Positions 1 to 9,671 of a stretch of DNA of 64,000 bases are shown here, piece by piece. Source of the DNA: an uncultured Methanolobus sp. (GTDB taxonomy: Archaea > Halobacteriota > Methanosarcinia > Methanosarcinales > Methanosarcinaceae). The translations under genes were made by a program, and so were the position numbers. The notes under the pieces were generated by a model. The model had not been told where the DNA came from. It saw only the letters and a list, made by a program, of their open reading frames with translations, and ran no database searches. The stretch is from assembly GCA_963675495.1 (NCBI GenBank), contig OY776215.1:1568001-1632000 (forward strand). The letters are read 5' to 3'. The first letter of the stretch is position 1. The number at the start of each line of letters is the position of its first letter.

Positions 1-956
1 AGTTTGTCATTGCTCTGGAAATTATCAGCTCCAATTCCCAGAATACCGCCATCATCTGAAACACCCACTAAAAGGCATCCTCCATCTGAATTCAGATATG
101 CCACTATCGTTTTTGCGACTGCATGTTCAATACGTTTATCGGGTTTTGACGTGTGCAGATTGGTCCTGAGTGTAGACTTGAATTCTAAAGTGTTTCCCTC
201 TCCATTGGAAATCAACTTTAATATTTCATCAGAAGGATCGATCTGTTCATGATCTTGTTTGAAGAAATAGGGATTCTTTTCAACGAATCTTGTAACCATC
301 TTATCCAGCATATTCTTTTTATGATACCGAATGTACACGAACCCTGCTATGGCTATCAAAAATGATATAAGAAGATCGATAAACAAATTAGAGATCAGGT
401 AAGGAGCTGTAAGTCCCATATCGTATCTCTGTGCATTAAATCCAAAAAGATGCATCAGTGCAAAGATAAATATTTCCATGACTGCTGCGATGGTAAATGA
501 AAGACAGAATGAAAAAACTGCGATTATGGCAGGAGTCATAACTGTGTGTGACCTTTTCTCCCAGAACAGGAGATATACAACTGAAAAAGCGATTGCCCCT
601 ATAACTGCCGTAGACAGAGCATTCAATATGAACTCACCCCACCAATATTCCTGGATGAGCGGATTCATTATTTCGGGAAATACAGACAAATAGATGAATA
701 TCAATATCAATATCTCAAATAGTGAGGGAAAATAGAACTCCCATTTCCTTTTGATGATAGTTGGTAAAAAAGTCAATGTTAAGGCAAACAGACACAATGA
801 TAAATTAATCATATCGTCTCTCAGCAAAGCACTCATTCCTGCAACTACCAGCAGTGTTCTGAATATTACAAAAAAGTATAATCTTATCCTGTATATATTA
901 TCACGGTTTGGAAGACTTACGTCATCTAATTCTCTTTTTTTAACCATTGTGACCAT
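1..956 (-). CDS. Multi-pass membrane protein fused to a C-terminal Schlafen/AlbA_2 domain (truncated at window edge; not in ORF track)
   Basis: Manual translation of the minus strand: open frame from ATG at 956 (alternatives 947, 965) to position 1. About 6 hydrophobic segments, then ISNGEGNTLEFKSTLRTNL...VAKTIVAYLNSDGGCLLVGVSDDGGILGI, the typical AlbA_2 E-x-x-x-x-EFK / N-x-x-GG-x-L-x-x-GV-x-D motifs. Confidence 0.85.
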   Translation of the reverse strand, partial: MVTMVKKRELDDVSLPNRDNIYRIRLYFFVIFRTLLVVAGMSALLRDDMINLSLCLFALTLTFLPTIIKRKWEFYFPSLFEILILIFIYLSVFPEIMNPLIQEYWWGEFILNALSTAVIGAIAFSVVYLLFWEKRSHTVMTPAIIAVFSFCLSFTIAAVMEIFIFALMHLFGFNAQRYDMGLTAPYLISNLFIDLLISFLIAIAGFVYIRYHKKNMLDKMVTRFVEKNPYFFKQDHEQIDPSDEILKLISNGEGNTLEFKSTLRTNLHTSKPDKRIEHAVAKTIVAYLNSDGGCLLVGVSDDGGILGIGADNFQSNDK

Positions 957-1112
957 CGGATACATTTTTCATATAACTTATTGCTTTAGGAGGATAATAC
1001 GTGATTATTATAAACATATTGCTCTATTTTGGAAGAAGTTCTTTGTTGAGTGCTGTCGAAACATACTGTCCAAAAATAATATAAAGTTAGATTACATCAC
1101 TTTATACCAGAG

Positions 1113-2411
1113 ATGAAATTCATTGAAAGGCTTTTTGGAAAAAAGCAGGAAAAAGAAGAACCTCTGCCAGCTGTTTTTAAGTTCATGGAACTTGCAGGTA
1201 TTGTGAGAGATGAGTCTAAAAAGCAGGGAGAAGAACTTCAACCTGTTGTAAAGGATAAATATGAAGGTATCAGACAGGCTCTCAGGGAACTGGAAAGTTT
1301 AAAGAAAGAACTACTAGCTGCTGAGCCTATTGAGGGTGCAAGTAAAAGAGGAGAAAAACTTGGAGACTCAAACAGGGACAATGTAGCCAATAACCTGAAG
1401 CTCATCGATGATAAGTTGAAAGTTCCCAGAGATACATCACCTGTAACTGCTTCTGAATTCTATACAGATTCAAAATCCACCCTGAAGACTGTTTTAGATA
1501 ATACCCGTAAAAGCCTGATGTATATAAAGGCACTTTACCCCAGGGAACACCAGAAAATAAATCAGGGCCTTGCAGATCTTGAAGATTCGCTTGACGAACT
1601 CTATTCCTCGACTATGAAGGGAAACGAAAGGATAGGAGAACTACAGAATATTTATACGGAAGTGGAGACTGTTAGCAGGACCGGAAAAGAAATAGAAAAT
1701 TGTACAAAAAAAGTGGTTGAACTGGATTCTAAGTACGAATCTGCAAAGGACAAACTTTCTGAGGATGACTCCAGACTTACTGAACTTGAGAATAGCAGCG
1801 AATTTGAAAGAGCAAAACAACTGGAAACTGAGATTCGACTCCTTGATACAAAGATAGCAGACCTAGGGTCCGATGCAAGAAGACTCTTCACACCACTTTC
1901 AAAGGCCATTTCCAGAATGGAAAAACAGGATGAGAATGAGAGATGTGTACTTTCCCCTGAGAACAGGGAAATACTCAAGGCCATTAAAGAAGAACCTGCA
2001 TCTGCAATTGAACATGATCTTAATCCTTTTCTTTCACAACTCAAGAGCAGGGTTGAAAGTGGAGAACTTGGCCTGAAGGACCAGATGTGTGACAAAACCC
2101 TAAAGCAAATACAAGTGCTGGACGATAAAAAAATAATATCATCCCTTGTTGAACAAAGAAAAAAGCATCTTTCAGATAAAGAGAAACTGGAAGTGGAATT
2201 GAATGGTCTTAGTATCTATCAGCAAAAAGAAGAGATTGAAAAAGAGATTGAAAAACATCATATTCTAATAAGATCTGCGAACCATGACATTGACTTAGAA
2301 AGAAGACAACTTGAAGGCCTTAAAGAAGAAATGGAAAGAGTAAAGTCAGCGCTTCTTTCAGATGTAAGGCATGTTTTCGGGAAAGAGGCAATGATAGAAT
2401 ATGAGGATTAA
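1113..2411 (+). CDS. Hypothetical coiled-coil protein (432 aa)
   Basis: Long ORF, E/K/L-rich heptad pattern, no catalytic motif recognised. Confidence 0.8.
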   Translation: MKFIERLFGKKQEKEEPLPAVFKFMELAGIVRDESKKQGEELQPVVKDKYEGIRQALRELESLKKELLAAEPIEGASKRGEKLGDSNRDNVANNLKLIDDKLKVPRDTSPVTASEFYTDSKSTLKTVLDNTRKSLMYIKALYPREHQKINQGLADLEDSLDELYSSTMKGNERIGELQNIYTEVETVSRTGKEIENCTKKVVELDSKYESAKDKLSEDDSRLTELENSSEFERAKQLETEIRLLDTKIADLGSDARRLFTPLSKAISRMEKQDENERCVLSPENREILKAIKEEPASAIEHDLNPFLSQLKSRVESGELGLKDQMCDKTLKQIQVLDDKKIISSLVEQRKKHLSDKEKLEVELNGLSIYQQKEEIEKEIEKHHILIRSANHDIDLERRQLEGLKEEMERVKSALLSDVRHVFGKEAMIEYED

Positions 2412-2448
2412 TTCCTGAGGCATAAAAAGGAAGAGAAGGATTAATAAC

Positions 2449-2574
2449 ATGGGACATGATGAAACAAATATCCACAGATTGAAGGAAGTCACTGAATTCG
2501 TTAAGACAAGTAAAAATGAAAAGAAGGAAGAAAAAAAGAAAGAGAAGAGGAATATTCTGGGGCTCAATGATTAA
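2449..2574 (+). CDS. Possible small K/E-rich protein (41 aa, MGHDETNIHRLKEVTEFVK...)
   Basis: ATG 2449 to TAA 2574, purine-rich leader, follows the upstream gene on the same strand; below the ORF-track cutoff. Confidence 0.35.
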   Translation: MGHDETNIHRLKEVTEFVKTSKNEKKEEKKKEKRNILGLND

Positions 2575-2729
2575 AGAAATCTATTATTTTATATAATTCT
2601 TTATATTTCTGTAAAATCTACTGCATAATTATAATCCTGATTCTTTTGTTATAGGGATTTAACTTTTGTTCCACAAATATGAGGCACAATATTCATAGAA
2701 TAATCTACTTGAATGGATTAATAAATTAT

Positions 2730-2900
2730 AAGAAAAAGGAAGTAATGCGAGGGCAACAGAGAAGACTATAATACCCTATCGCCCTCTTGACGTCTTAAAT
2801 ATTCCGATTGGCAAACATATGCGTTGCAGGGTATTTCCCTGAATTGATCCAATCGAAAGCCGAAACATAGTGTCGCAGTCTTTCAAACTTCGAACATTAC
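2730..2900 (-). ncRNA. Candidate structured small RNA
   Basis: Minus-strand stems with G-U pairs: 2749-2759/2776-2786 (11 bp) and 2802-2811/2849-2858 enclosing hairpin 2827-2841, followed by a U-rich tract; no ORF. Ends are approximate. Confidence 0.4.
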
Positions 2901-2995
2901 ATTCTCAGCAATACTTAGTATAAGACTCATAGAATAAGTTTTTTGCGGTCGGCTTGAATAATTCAGTAAAAACAGAAACGATTACAAAAATTGAG

Positions 2996-3070
2996 CGATC
3001 CCGGAGGGATTCGAACCCACGACCCTCGGGTTAGAAGCCCGATGCTATATCCTGGCTAAGCCACGGGACC
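2996..3070 (-). tRNA. tRNA-Arg(TCT)
   Basis: Reverse complement GGTCCCG...TCGGG-CT-TCT-AA-CCCGA...GGTTCGAATCC...CGGGATC-G folds as a cloverleaf; CCA not encoded. Confidence 0.96.
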
Positions 3071-3230
3071 GCTAATGATTGACTGGAGTCTGAAATAGGT
3101 TTTCTAGCATAAAAGCCTTTTGTAAGAACCGAAGCACATTCCTAAATTGCAAACAATGTGAATGTGAATACAAATATATAATAGTTTGACATCAGACACT
3201 ATCAACTATTACAATGCTGAGGCTTTACAC

Positions 3231-4109
3231 ATGAGTGAACTATTGATTTATTACAACGGTGACTTTGTCCCGAAATCAGAAGCCACTACCTCCGTCTACG
3301 ACCATGGTTTTCTGTACGGAGATGGTGTCTTTGAGGGAATAAGAGCTTACAACGGACGTGTCTTCAAGTTACGTGAGCATGTTGACAGGCTCTATGACTC
3401 CGCAAAGGCAATTGCTCTTAACATACCACTAACCAGAGAGGAAATGGAAGAGGCTATTCTGGAAACACTCCGGAAAAACGACCTTACAGATGCCTACATC
3501 AGACCTATCGTTTCAAGAGGTGTCGGTGACCTTGGACTGGATCCCAGAAAATGCCCAAAACCAAACATATACATCATATCCCAGGAATGGGGAGCGATGT
3601 ACGGCGACCTTTACGAAGTTGGCCTGACCGGTATTACGGTTTCAGTCAGAAGAAATTCCTGCGATGCACTTTCACCAAACATCAAGTCCCTCAACTACCT
3701 GAACAACATCCTAGCAAAGATAGAGGCAAATGAGAAGGGCGGAGACGAGGCAATTTTCTTTGACCAGAACGGTTACCTCTCAGAAGGTTCCGGAGATAAC
3801 ATATTCATCATTAAGAAGGGAAAAGTTTACACCCCACCGACCATCAACAACCTCAAAGGCATAACACGGGCAACTGCAATCGAACTGCTTGCAGACATGG
3901 GAATTGAGACTCACGTTGAGAATCTGGGAATGTTCGACCTCTACACTGCTGATGAGATATTCGTCACAGGAACAGCAGCAGAGGCAGCACCTCTTGTAAA
4001 AGTAGATGGGCGTCCAATTGGTGATGGAAAACCAGGGCCAATCACAAAAAAGATGGTTGAAGCCTTTGACAGAGTCACAACAACCACAGGCACACCTATT
4101 TTTCCTTAA
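3231..4109 (+). CDS. ilvE: Branched-chain amino acid aminotransferase
   Basis: [23 protein letters not shown] (PLP lysine), [17 protein letters not shown] motifs; start set at MSELL (ATG 3231). Confidence 0.95.
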   Translation: MSELLIYYNGDFVPKSEATTSVYDHGFLYGDGVFEGIRAYNGRVFKLREHVDRLYDSAKAIALNIPLTREEMEEAILETLRKNDLTDAYIRPIVSRGVGDLGLDPRKCPKPNIYIISQEWGAMYGDLYEVGLTGITVSVRRNSCDALSPNIKSLNYLNNILAKIEANEKGGDEAIFFDQNGYLSEGSGDNIFIIKKGKVYTPPTINNLKGITRATAIELLADMGIETHVENLGMFDLYTADEIFVTGTAAEAAPLVKVDGRPIGDGKPGPITKKMVEAFDRVTTTTGTPIFP

Positions 4110-4152
4110 AATGAAGAGTTGACTCTTCATTATCTTTTCTTCTTTTTTATTT
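4110..4152 (+). terminator. Hairpin plus T-tract terminator after ilvE
   Basis: aatgaagagt-tg-actcttcatt inverted repeat followed by tcttttcttctttttt. Confidence 0.65.
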
Positions 4153-4239
4153 CTTCAAAACATTAATTAGGCATTAGTCCAGTAACTTATTATATTTAAA
4201 TACTATTATAATTTAATTTCGAATAAATGAGGTTTTAGA

Positions 4240-4488
4240 ATGGAACTAGAGGGAGAAAAAGAAAAAGTAATAATGGAGAACCTAAAGTACCTGAATGATT
4301 CAGTAATGGCGATCTTACTCCTGATGCCGGTTACTCTTGTAATCACCTTTGAAGCACTTGATGATACACCTAATCTGCAATTGATATCAATTGCAACATG
4401 GATCGTGTTTTTGATGGGGCTGTGGTATGTTGCTTCAAGAGTATTTACGCTCAACAAAACGCTTATAGGTTATCTCGACAAAAAGTAG
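4240..4488 (+). CDS. Small hypothetical membrane protein (2 TM)
   Basis: GAGG RBS, two hydrophobic helices, 10 bp upstream of moeA. Confidence 0.7.
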   Translation: MELEGEKEKVIMENLKYLNDSVMAILLLMPVTLVITFEALDDTPNLQLISIATWIVFLMGLWYVASRVFTLNKTLIGYLDKK

Positions 4489-4498
4489 ACCGACCAGA

Positions 4499-6409
4499 AT
4501 GGAACGCAAGGAATTCAGAGAACTAACATCCGTAGAGGATGCAAGGAAACTTATCGAACAGATCAGAGTCCAGCCAGAAATTATTACTTTAGCTATCGAA
4601 AAAGCTGTAGGACACATCATAGCAGAAGACATACCCTCAGGTGTGGATGTGCCTGCATTCAACCGTTCGATCAAGGACGGGTACGCCATCAGGGCAAAAG
4701 ATACCTACCAGGCAAGTGAACCGGAACCCCGGAAATTGGGATTCATAGGGTCCATTCCGGCAGGTTGCACAGACAAGTTCTTTGTTGACGATGAAGAAGT
4801 GATAGAGATATCCACAGGCGCACCAATCCCCGATGGTGCAGATGCTGTGGTAATGGTGGAGAATACAAAGCAAACGGGAGATTCAGTCCTTATTTACCAG
4901 CCGGTGCATATCGGCGAGAACATCATGCGCGCAGGAAGCGACATCATGAAAGGTGAAAGGGTCCTGAGGAAGAATACACGCATTAGTTCCCGTGAGATCG
5001 GAGTACTTGCCTCCATAGGCATGAATGAAGTCCCTGCCAAGAGATTGCTTGTTGGCATCATTTCAACCGGAACAGAACTCATCAAACCGGGAGAGACACT
5101 GGAACTTAGCAAAATATATGATGCAAATTCCTATGCTATCGCAGCAGCAATTGAAGAATGCGGAGGAACTCCAAGAATATATGGCATTGTTCATGATGAT
5201 GAAAAGCTGATGGAGGAAGCTCTGGAAAAAGCAATTGAAGAGTGTGATATTGTCCTTACGTCCGGGAGCACTTCTGCCGGTGCCGGCGATATAATGTACA
5301 TGATCATTGAGGAAAAGGGTGAAACACTCACCCACGGAATTGCGATCAAACCCGGGAAACCTGTTGTTATCGGTATGATAAAGAATGTGCCAACCATCGG
5401 ACTACCAGGAAACCCAACATCTGCACTCAGTATTTTCAATGAGTTCGTAGCGCCGATAATCTACAATTCACTTGGAATTAAGCCATCTTTTAAAACAAAG
5501 GTCACTGCGGTTATGGGAACCGGCATCCGCTCAGGCGGAAGAGAAGAACTGTTCCCTGTTGGTGTTGTGCGGGGCAAGGCGTACCCGGCAGACAAAACAT
5601 CGGGAGCCATAACCACATTATCAGATGCTGACGGAACAATTGAGATCCGGGCGAATACTGAATATATCGAATCAGGATCTGAAGTAGAGGTTACCATGTT
5701 CGGTAACGTGAAAAGTCCTGACATAATGCTCGTTGGCGGGCAGTGCCCAGGCATAGACCTGCTTGAAGAGATTACCGGATTTGTATTCCGAACATTGAAT
5801 ATGGGCTCCAGTGCAGGATTTACAGCTATATCCAGTGGCACTACTGACATTGCATGTGTGAATATGGTGGACGCAGAGGGAAATTACAATTCATCAACCA
5901 TATCAAAAATGAATCTTGAGAACATAGTTCTTGTCAAGGGATACAGACGTGAGCTGGGGCTTATATTCACCCCTGACAAGCATGTGTACGGACTTGAGGA
6001 AATAACCAACCTGCAACTCATTAACAGGAACAGGGGGTCCGGGACAAGAGCAATACTGGAAAGGGAACTTGGAACACTGGCAACAGCAAAAGGAATGACG
6101 AAGAGTGAACTTATCAAAGAGATAGAAGGTTACAATTCAGGTTCAAAGACCCATCGGTCTGTCTGCGATGCTGTAAAGAGTGGAAAAGCAGATGTTGGTT
6201 TTGGGATCAGGGCTGCGGCAGAAGAAGCCGGACTTGAGTTCATACCTGTTGCAGAGGATGAGTTTGATTTTGTGATACATAAGAACCTTCTGGACATTGA
6301 AGAGATACAGGCATTCCTTAATGCGCTGCGATCCGAAGAATTCTCTAAGAGACTTCCACAGGGAATGTATACGTATGAAATGACCGGCAGTATAATATCC
6401 TCCTTTTGA
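4499..6409 (+). CDS. moeA: Molybdopterin biosynthesis protein MoeA with C-terminal periplasmic-binding-protein-like domain
   Basis: VPAFNRSIKDGYA, ISTGAPIPDGADAVVMVE, STGTEL, GIAIKPGKP, LPGNP; C-terminal NRNRGSGTR / GKADVGFG domain. Confidence 0.93.
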   Translation: MERKEFRELTSVEDARKLIEQIRVQPEIITLAIEKAVGHIIAEDIPSGVDVPAFNRSIKDGYAIRAKDTYQASEPEPRKLGFIGSIPAGCTDKFFVDDEEVIEISTGAPIPDGADAVVMVENTKQTGDSVLIYQPVHIGENIMRAGSDIMKGERVLRKNTRISSREIGVLASIGMNEVPAKRLLVGIISTGTELIKPGETLELSKIYDANSYAIAAAIEECGGTPRIYGIVHDDEKLMEEALEKAIEECDIVLTSGSTSAGAGDIMYMIIEEKGETLTHGIAIKPGKPVVIGMIKNVPTIGLPGNPTSALSIFNEFVAPIIYNSLGIKPSFKTKVTAVMGTGIRSGGREELFPVGVVRGKAYPADKTSGAITTLSDADGTIEIRANTEYIESGSEVEVTMFGNVKSPDIMLVGGQCPGIDLLEEITGFVFRTLNMGSSAGFTAISSGTTDIACVNMVDAEGNYNSSTISKMNLENIVLVKGYRRELGLIFTPDKHVYGLEEITNLQLINRNRGSGTRAILERELGTLATAKGMTKSELIKEIEGYNSGSKTHRSVCDAVKSGKADVGFGIRAAAEEAGLEFIPVAEDEFDFVIHKNLLDIEEIQAFLNALRSEEFSKRLPQGMYTYEMTGSIISSF

Positions 6410-6472
6410 CGTTAATCCAGTCTATAATAATCAGGAAAACCTTTTTTATTTTGACGTTATGGTAGGTTGCAA

Positions 6473-7564
6473 ATGGGAATACATGAGGATATACAGGAAG
6501 TAGAAGAGGAGATCAAGAAGACTCCTTACAATAAGGCAACATCCCACCACATCGGTAAGCTGAAGGCGAAACTTGCACGTCTTCGCGATGAAGTTGTCAA
6601 GAAATCTGCCAAGTCTGGTGGTGGCGAAGGATACTCCGTGAGAAAGTCAGGAGATGCTACGGTCACGCTTGTAGGTTTCCCATCTGTGGGAAAATCCACT
6701 TTACTTAACAAGCTCACCGGTGCTAATTCAGAAGTCGGCGCCTATGAGTTCACGACCCTTGATGTAATTCCGGGTGTGCTTGAACATAATAATGCAACTA
6801 TACAGATACTCGACGTGCCCGGACTGGTCAAAGGAGCAGCCAGCGGAAGAGGCCGTGGAAGGGAAGTTATCTCAGTTGTCAGAAACTGTGACCTTGTGGT
6901 CTTTATGCTGGACGTATTCCAGAATTACCACCATGGCGTCCTTACCCAGGAACTTTACGATGCAGGCATACGCCTGAACCAAAAAGCACCTGATGTTGTT
7001 ATCAAGAGGCAGGATCGTGGTGGTGTCACTATTAGCAGCACTAAGGAGCTTGACCTTACAGAAGATCTTATCAAAGCAATACTTAACGAATATAAGATAC
7101 ACAATGCTCATGTGCTCATCAGGGATAAGATCGATGTTGACCAGTTGATAGATGTCATCATGGGCAACAGGGTGTACATACCCGCCGTTGTCGTTGTGAA
7201 CAAGGTGGACATGGCAGACCAGTATGTTCTGAAGAAATGCAAGGATGAGTACCCTGAGGCAACATATATATCAGCTGACAAGGAAGAGAATCTTGAAGCT
7301 GTCAAAGACCTAATATACGAGGCACTTGACTTTATCCGGGTTTACCTGAAACCTCAGGGCGGACCCGCTGATATGGAAGAGCCCCTTATTGTACGTAAAG
7401 GAACTACTGTGGGAGATGTATGTGACCACTTGCACCGTGATTTCAGGAGAAAGTTCAGGTACTCCCAGATATGGGGCACATCCGCAAAGCACCCAGGACA
7501 GAGAGCAGGCCTTGAACACGTACTTGATGACAAGGACCTACTAACACTTATCATCGCAATGTGA
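6473..7564 (+). CDS. DRG/OBG-family GTP-binding protein with TGS domain
   Basis: NKATSHHIGKLKAKLA, GFPSVGKS, YEFTTL, DVPG, NKVD, C-terminal TGS; start at ATG 6473. Confidence 0.95.
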   Translation: MGIHEDIQEVEEEIKKTPYNKATSHHIGKLKAKLARLRDEVVKKSAKSGGGEGYSVRKSGDATVTLVGFPSVGKSTLLNKLTGANSEVGAYEFTTLDVIPGVLEHNNATIQILDVPGLVKGAASGRGRGREVISVVRNCDLVVFMLDVFQNYHHGVLTQELYDAGIRLNQKAPDVVIKRQDRGGVTISSTKELDLTEDLIKAILNEYKIHNAHVLIRDKIDVDQLIDVIMGNRVYIPAVVVVNKVDMADQYVLKKCKDEYPEATYISADKEENLEAVKDLIYEALDFIRVYLKPQGGPADMEEPLIVRKGTTVGDVCDHLHRDFRRKFRYSQIWGTSAKHPGQRAGLEHVLDDKDLLTLIIAM

Positions 7565-7629
7565 CAGCCAGACCGGCTGTCCTGCATAACAAATAAGTAT
7601 TATTATGCGTTTATTCAGATACTCACTGT

Positions 7630-7702
7630 AGTCCCGTAGGGTAGTGGTCAATCCTTCCGGCCTTTGGAGCCGAAGACGCTGGTTCGAATCCGGCCGGGAC
7701 TA
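7630..7702 (+). tRNA. tRNA-Gln(TTG)
   Basis: AGTCCCG...CCGGC-CT-TTG-GA-GCCGA...GGTTCGAATCC...CGGGACT-A; A1-U72 pair characteristic of archaeal tRNA-Gln; C27.A43 mismatch. Confidence 0.95.
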
Positions 7703-8215
7703 CTGAATTTTTTACATTATCCTGTTTTTGATGATGCTTTTCATAGAACTGTGTTGATGACTGAAGGAATATTTTAGCAAGATATTCCAGCGCAGGGGCA
7801 GATGAAGATGAAATATAAGTAAAAGGATAATTTACCTTTACTTATTTTTGTTAAGCCATATCCCCACTAATACTAAACAAAGCATTGCCTTTTCCACTTT
7901 TTTGCTTTCCTAAAGAATATATATGGAAATAAAGCTTTTCTAAAGCTTTTTTTCCAATTTAAAGTCATAATCAATCCTTCTTTTGTTAAGTATGCTTATA
8001 TTAAACCGAATTATCAAGGATTTATCAGAAAGCACTGGCATATCTTGAGACAATACTCAAGCTTCAATGTAGCCTGACTCAAATGAGGATGGAAAAAATA
8101 AATGAAGTACAAATTGTTCAAAAATATGGCTTACATATCCTTAATAATCGAGCTAATTGGGCTGTATTGGCTGAAAAATACACTAATTGTATAAAGAAGA
8201 AAAAGGAGGGAAAGA

Positions 8216-8962
8216 ATGGAACCAATTCGAAAGTTCAATCGGTTCGAATTAAAGTATCTGCTCACAATGGAGCAGACACGCGAGTTAAAAAATCAGATTG
8301 AGATGTACATGCTTCCTGATCCCCATACATGGGATACAGGAGACTATGTGATTTCAAGTCTGTACTATGACAGTCCAGATCTTCAATGCTATTGGGAAAA
8401 GATTGACGGGGTGAAATTCCGGAAAAAGCTCAGAGTTCGCATATATGAAACCGAAGAGAACATAACAGAAGATTCTATGGTATTTGTCGAGGTCAAACAG
8501 CGTTACGACAAAACAATACAGAAGCGCAGGATTGCAATACCTTTCAGGGATGCTATGACACTCTGCAACGAGCATCATTTTCCAGATGAGTATGACGGGA
8601 AGGATAGACCCGTCATGGAAGAGGTCCTCGGAATGATAGAGGAAAGAAACCTCCAGCCAACACTCATCACAAGTTATTTCAGACACGCCTATGTCGGAAC
8701 GGATTATGATAACGGTCTAAGGATAACCTTTGACTCGAACATAAGATACAGGACCAATGACCTGGACCTGGCCTCCAAGAAACTTGGAAGATACATAGTA
8801 TCGCCCGACAGAGTGATCCTTGAGATCAAAGCCAATGAGAAGGTACCTTACTGGCTTACAGAACTCATCGCTCAGAACAACTACAGACTCGTTAGAATTA
8901 GCAAATACTGTACAGGGCTGGATGTGGAAAGCGAGTTTCCCCGAAAAATAGAGGTTTACTAA
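8216..8962 (+). CDS. VTC-domain (CYTH/TTM superfamily) polyphosphate polymerase-like protein
   Basis: RFELKY, SLYYDS, KLRVRIY, FVEVKQR, LRITFD, ILEIK, ISKY motifs; GGAGG RBS. Confidence 0.9.
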   Translation: MEPIRKFNRFELKYLLTMEQTRELKNQIEMYMLPDPHTWDTGDYVISSLYYDSPDLQCYWEKIDGVKFRKKLRVRIYETEENITEDSMVFVEVKQRYDKTIQKRRIAIPFRDAMTLCNEHHFPDEYDGKDRPVMEEVLGMIEERNLQPTLITSYFRHAYVGTDYDNGLRITFDSNIRYRTNDLDLASKKLGRYIVSPDRVILEIKANEKVPYWLTELIAQNNYRLVRISKYCTGLDVESEFPRKIEVY

Positions 8963-9658
8963 ATGGCAATAGATACAGAAGGTCTATTCAATTTTGAAGA
9001 CCTGAGCGGGACCTTCACAGCCACTGACGTTGTTGTGGGTCTTGTTTTAGGTTTCATATTGTTAGCAGCCATCGGATGGCTGTACAAACGCACACACAGA
9101 GGAACATCTTACACCCAGAGTTACGTCCACACTCTCATTATGATGGGACTGGTCGTAGATATTATCATGCTTATAGTTGGTTCAAACATCGCACGAGCAT
9201 TCTCACTTGTCGGTGCACTGTCCATCATACGTTTCAGGAATGCAGTAAAAGAAACCCGTGATGTTGGTTTCATATTCTTTGCAATGGCAATCGGTATGGC
9301 AATGGGTACAAGATTCTACCTGTTGGGAATCATAGCAACCGGAGTGATCGGTGCCCTGATATTCATCATGTATGAATTTGACTGGTTTGCAAGACCGGCC
9401 ATGAGCCAGGTTCTGAAGATCCAGCTCGATAAAGATGTTGATTTTGAGGGAATGTTTGACAAAACATTCGTCAAACACACACAATCAGCAGACCTTATAG
9501 GAATAGATACCGTTCGTTCAGGAACAGTGACAGAACTCGTCTACAGTGTAATTCTCAAGAAAAACGCCAACAAGTATGAGTTCATCCAGAATATCAAAAG
9601 CCTGAATGGAAATCAGAAAGTATTCCTGATAACCGGTTACAACACCACAGACCTCTGA
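8963..9658 (+). CDS. DUF4956 membrane protein
   Basis: GSNIARAFSLVGALSIIRFRNAVKE signature, 4-5 TM helices plus small soluble C-domain; starts on the base after the VTC stop. Confidence 0.9.
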   Translation: MAIDTEGLFNFEDLSGTFTATDVVVGLVLGFILLAAIGWLYKRTHRGTSYTQSYVHTLIMMGLVVDIIMLIVGSNIARAFSLVGALSIIRFRNAVKETRDVGFIFFAMAIGMAMGTRFYLLGIIATGVIGALIFIMYEFDWFARPAMSQVLKIQLDKDVDFEGMFDKTFVKHTQSADLIGIDTVRSGTVTELVYSVILKKNANKYEFIQNIKSLNGNQKVFLITGYNTTDL

Positions 9659-9671
9659 AACTGATACAGAG

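Noticed and set aside
4-1116. Three plus-strand ORFs (82, 71, 121 aa)
   Set aside because: Antisense to the continuous minus-strand TM-Schlafen frame
7725-7812. TGATGA/CTGA words after tRNA-Gln suggesting a C/D box sRNA
   Set aside because: Box spacing does not fit the C-guide-D'-C'-guide-D layout
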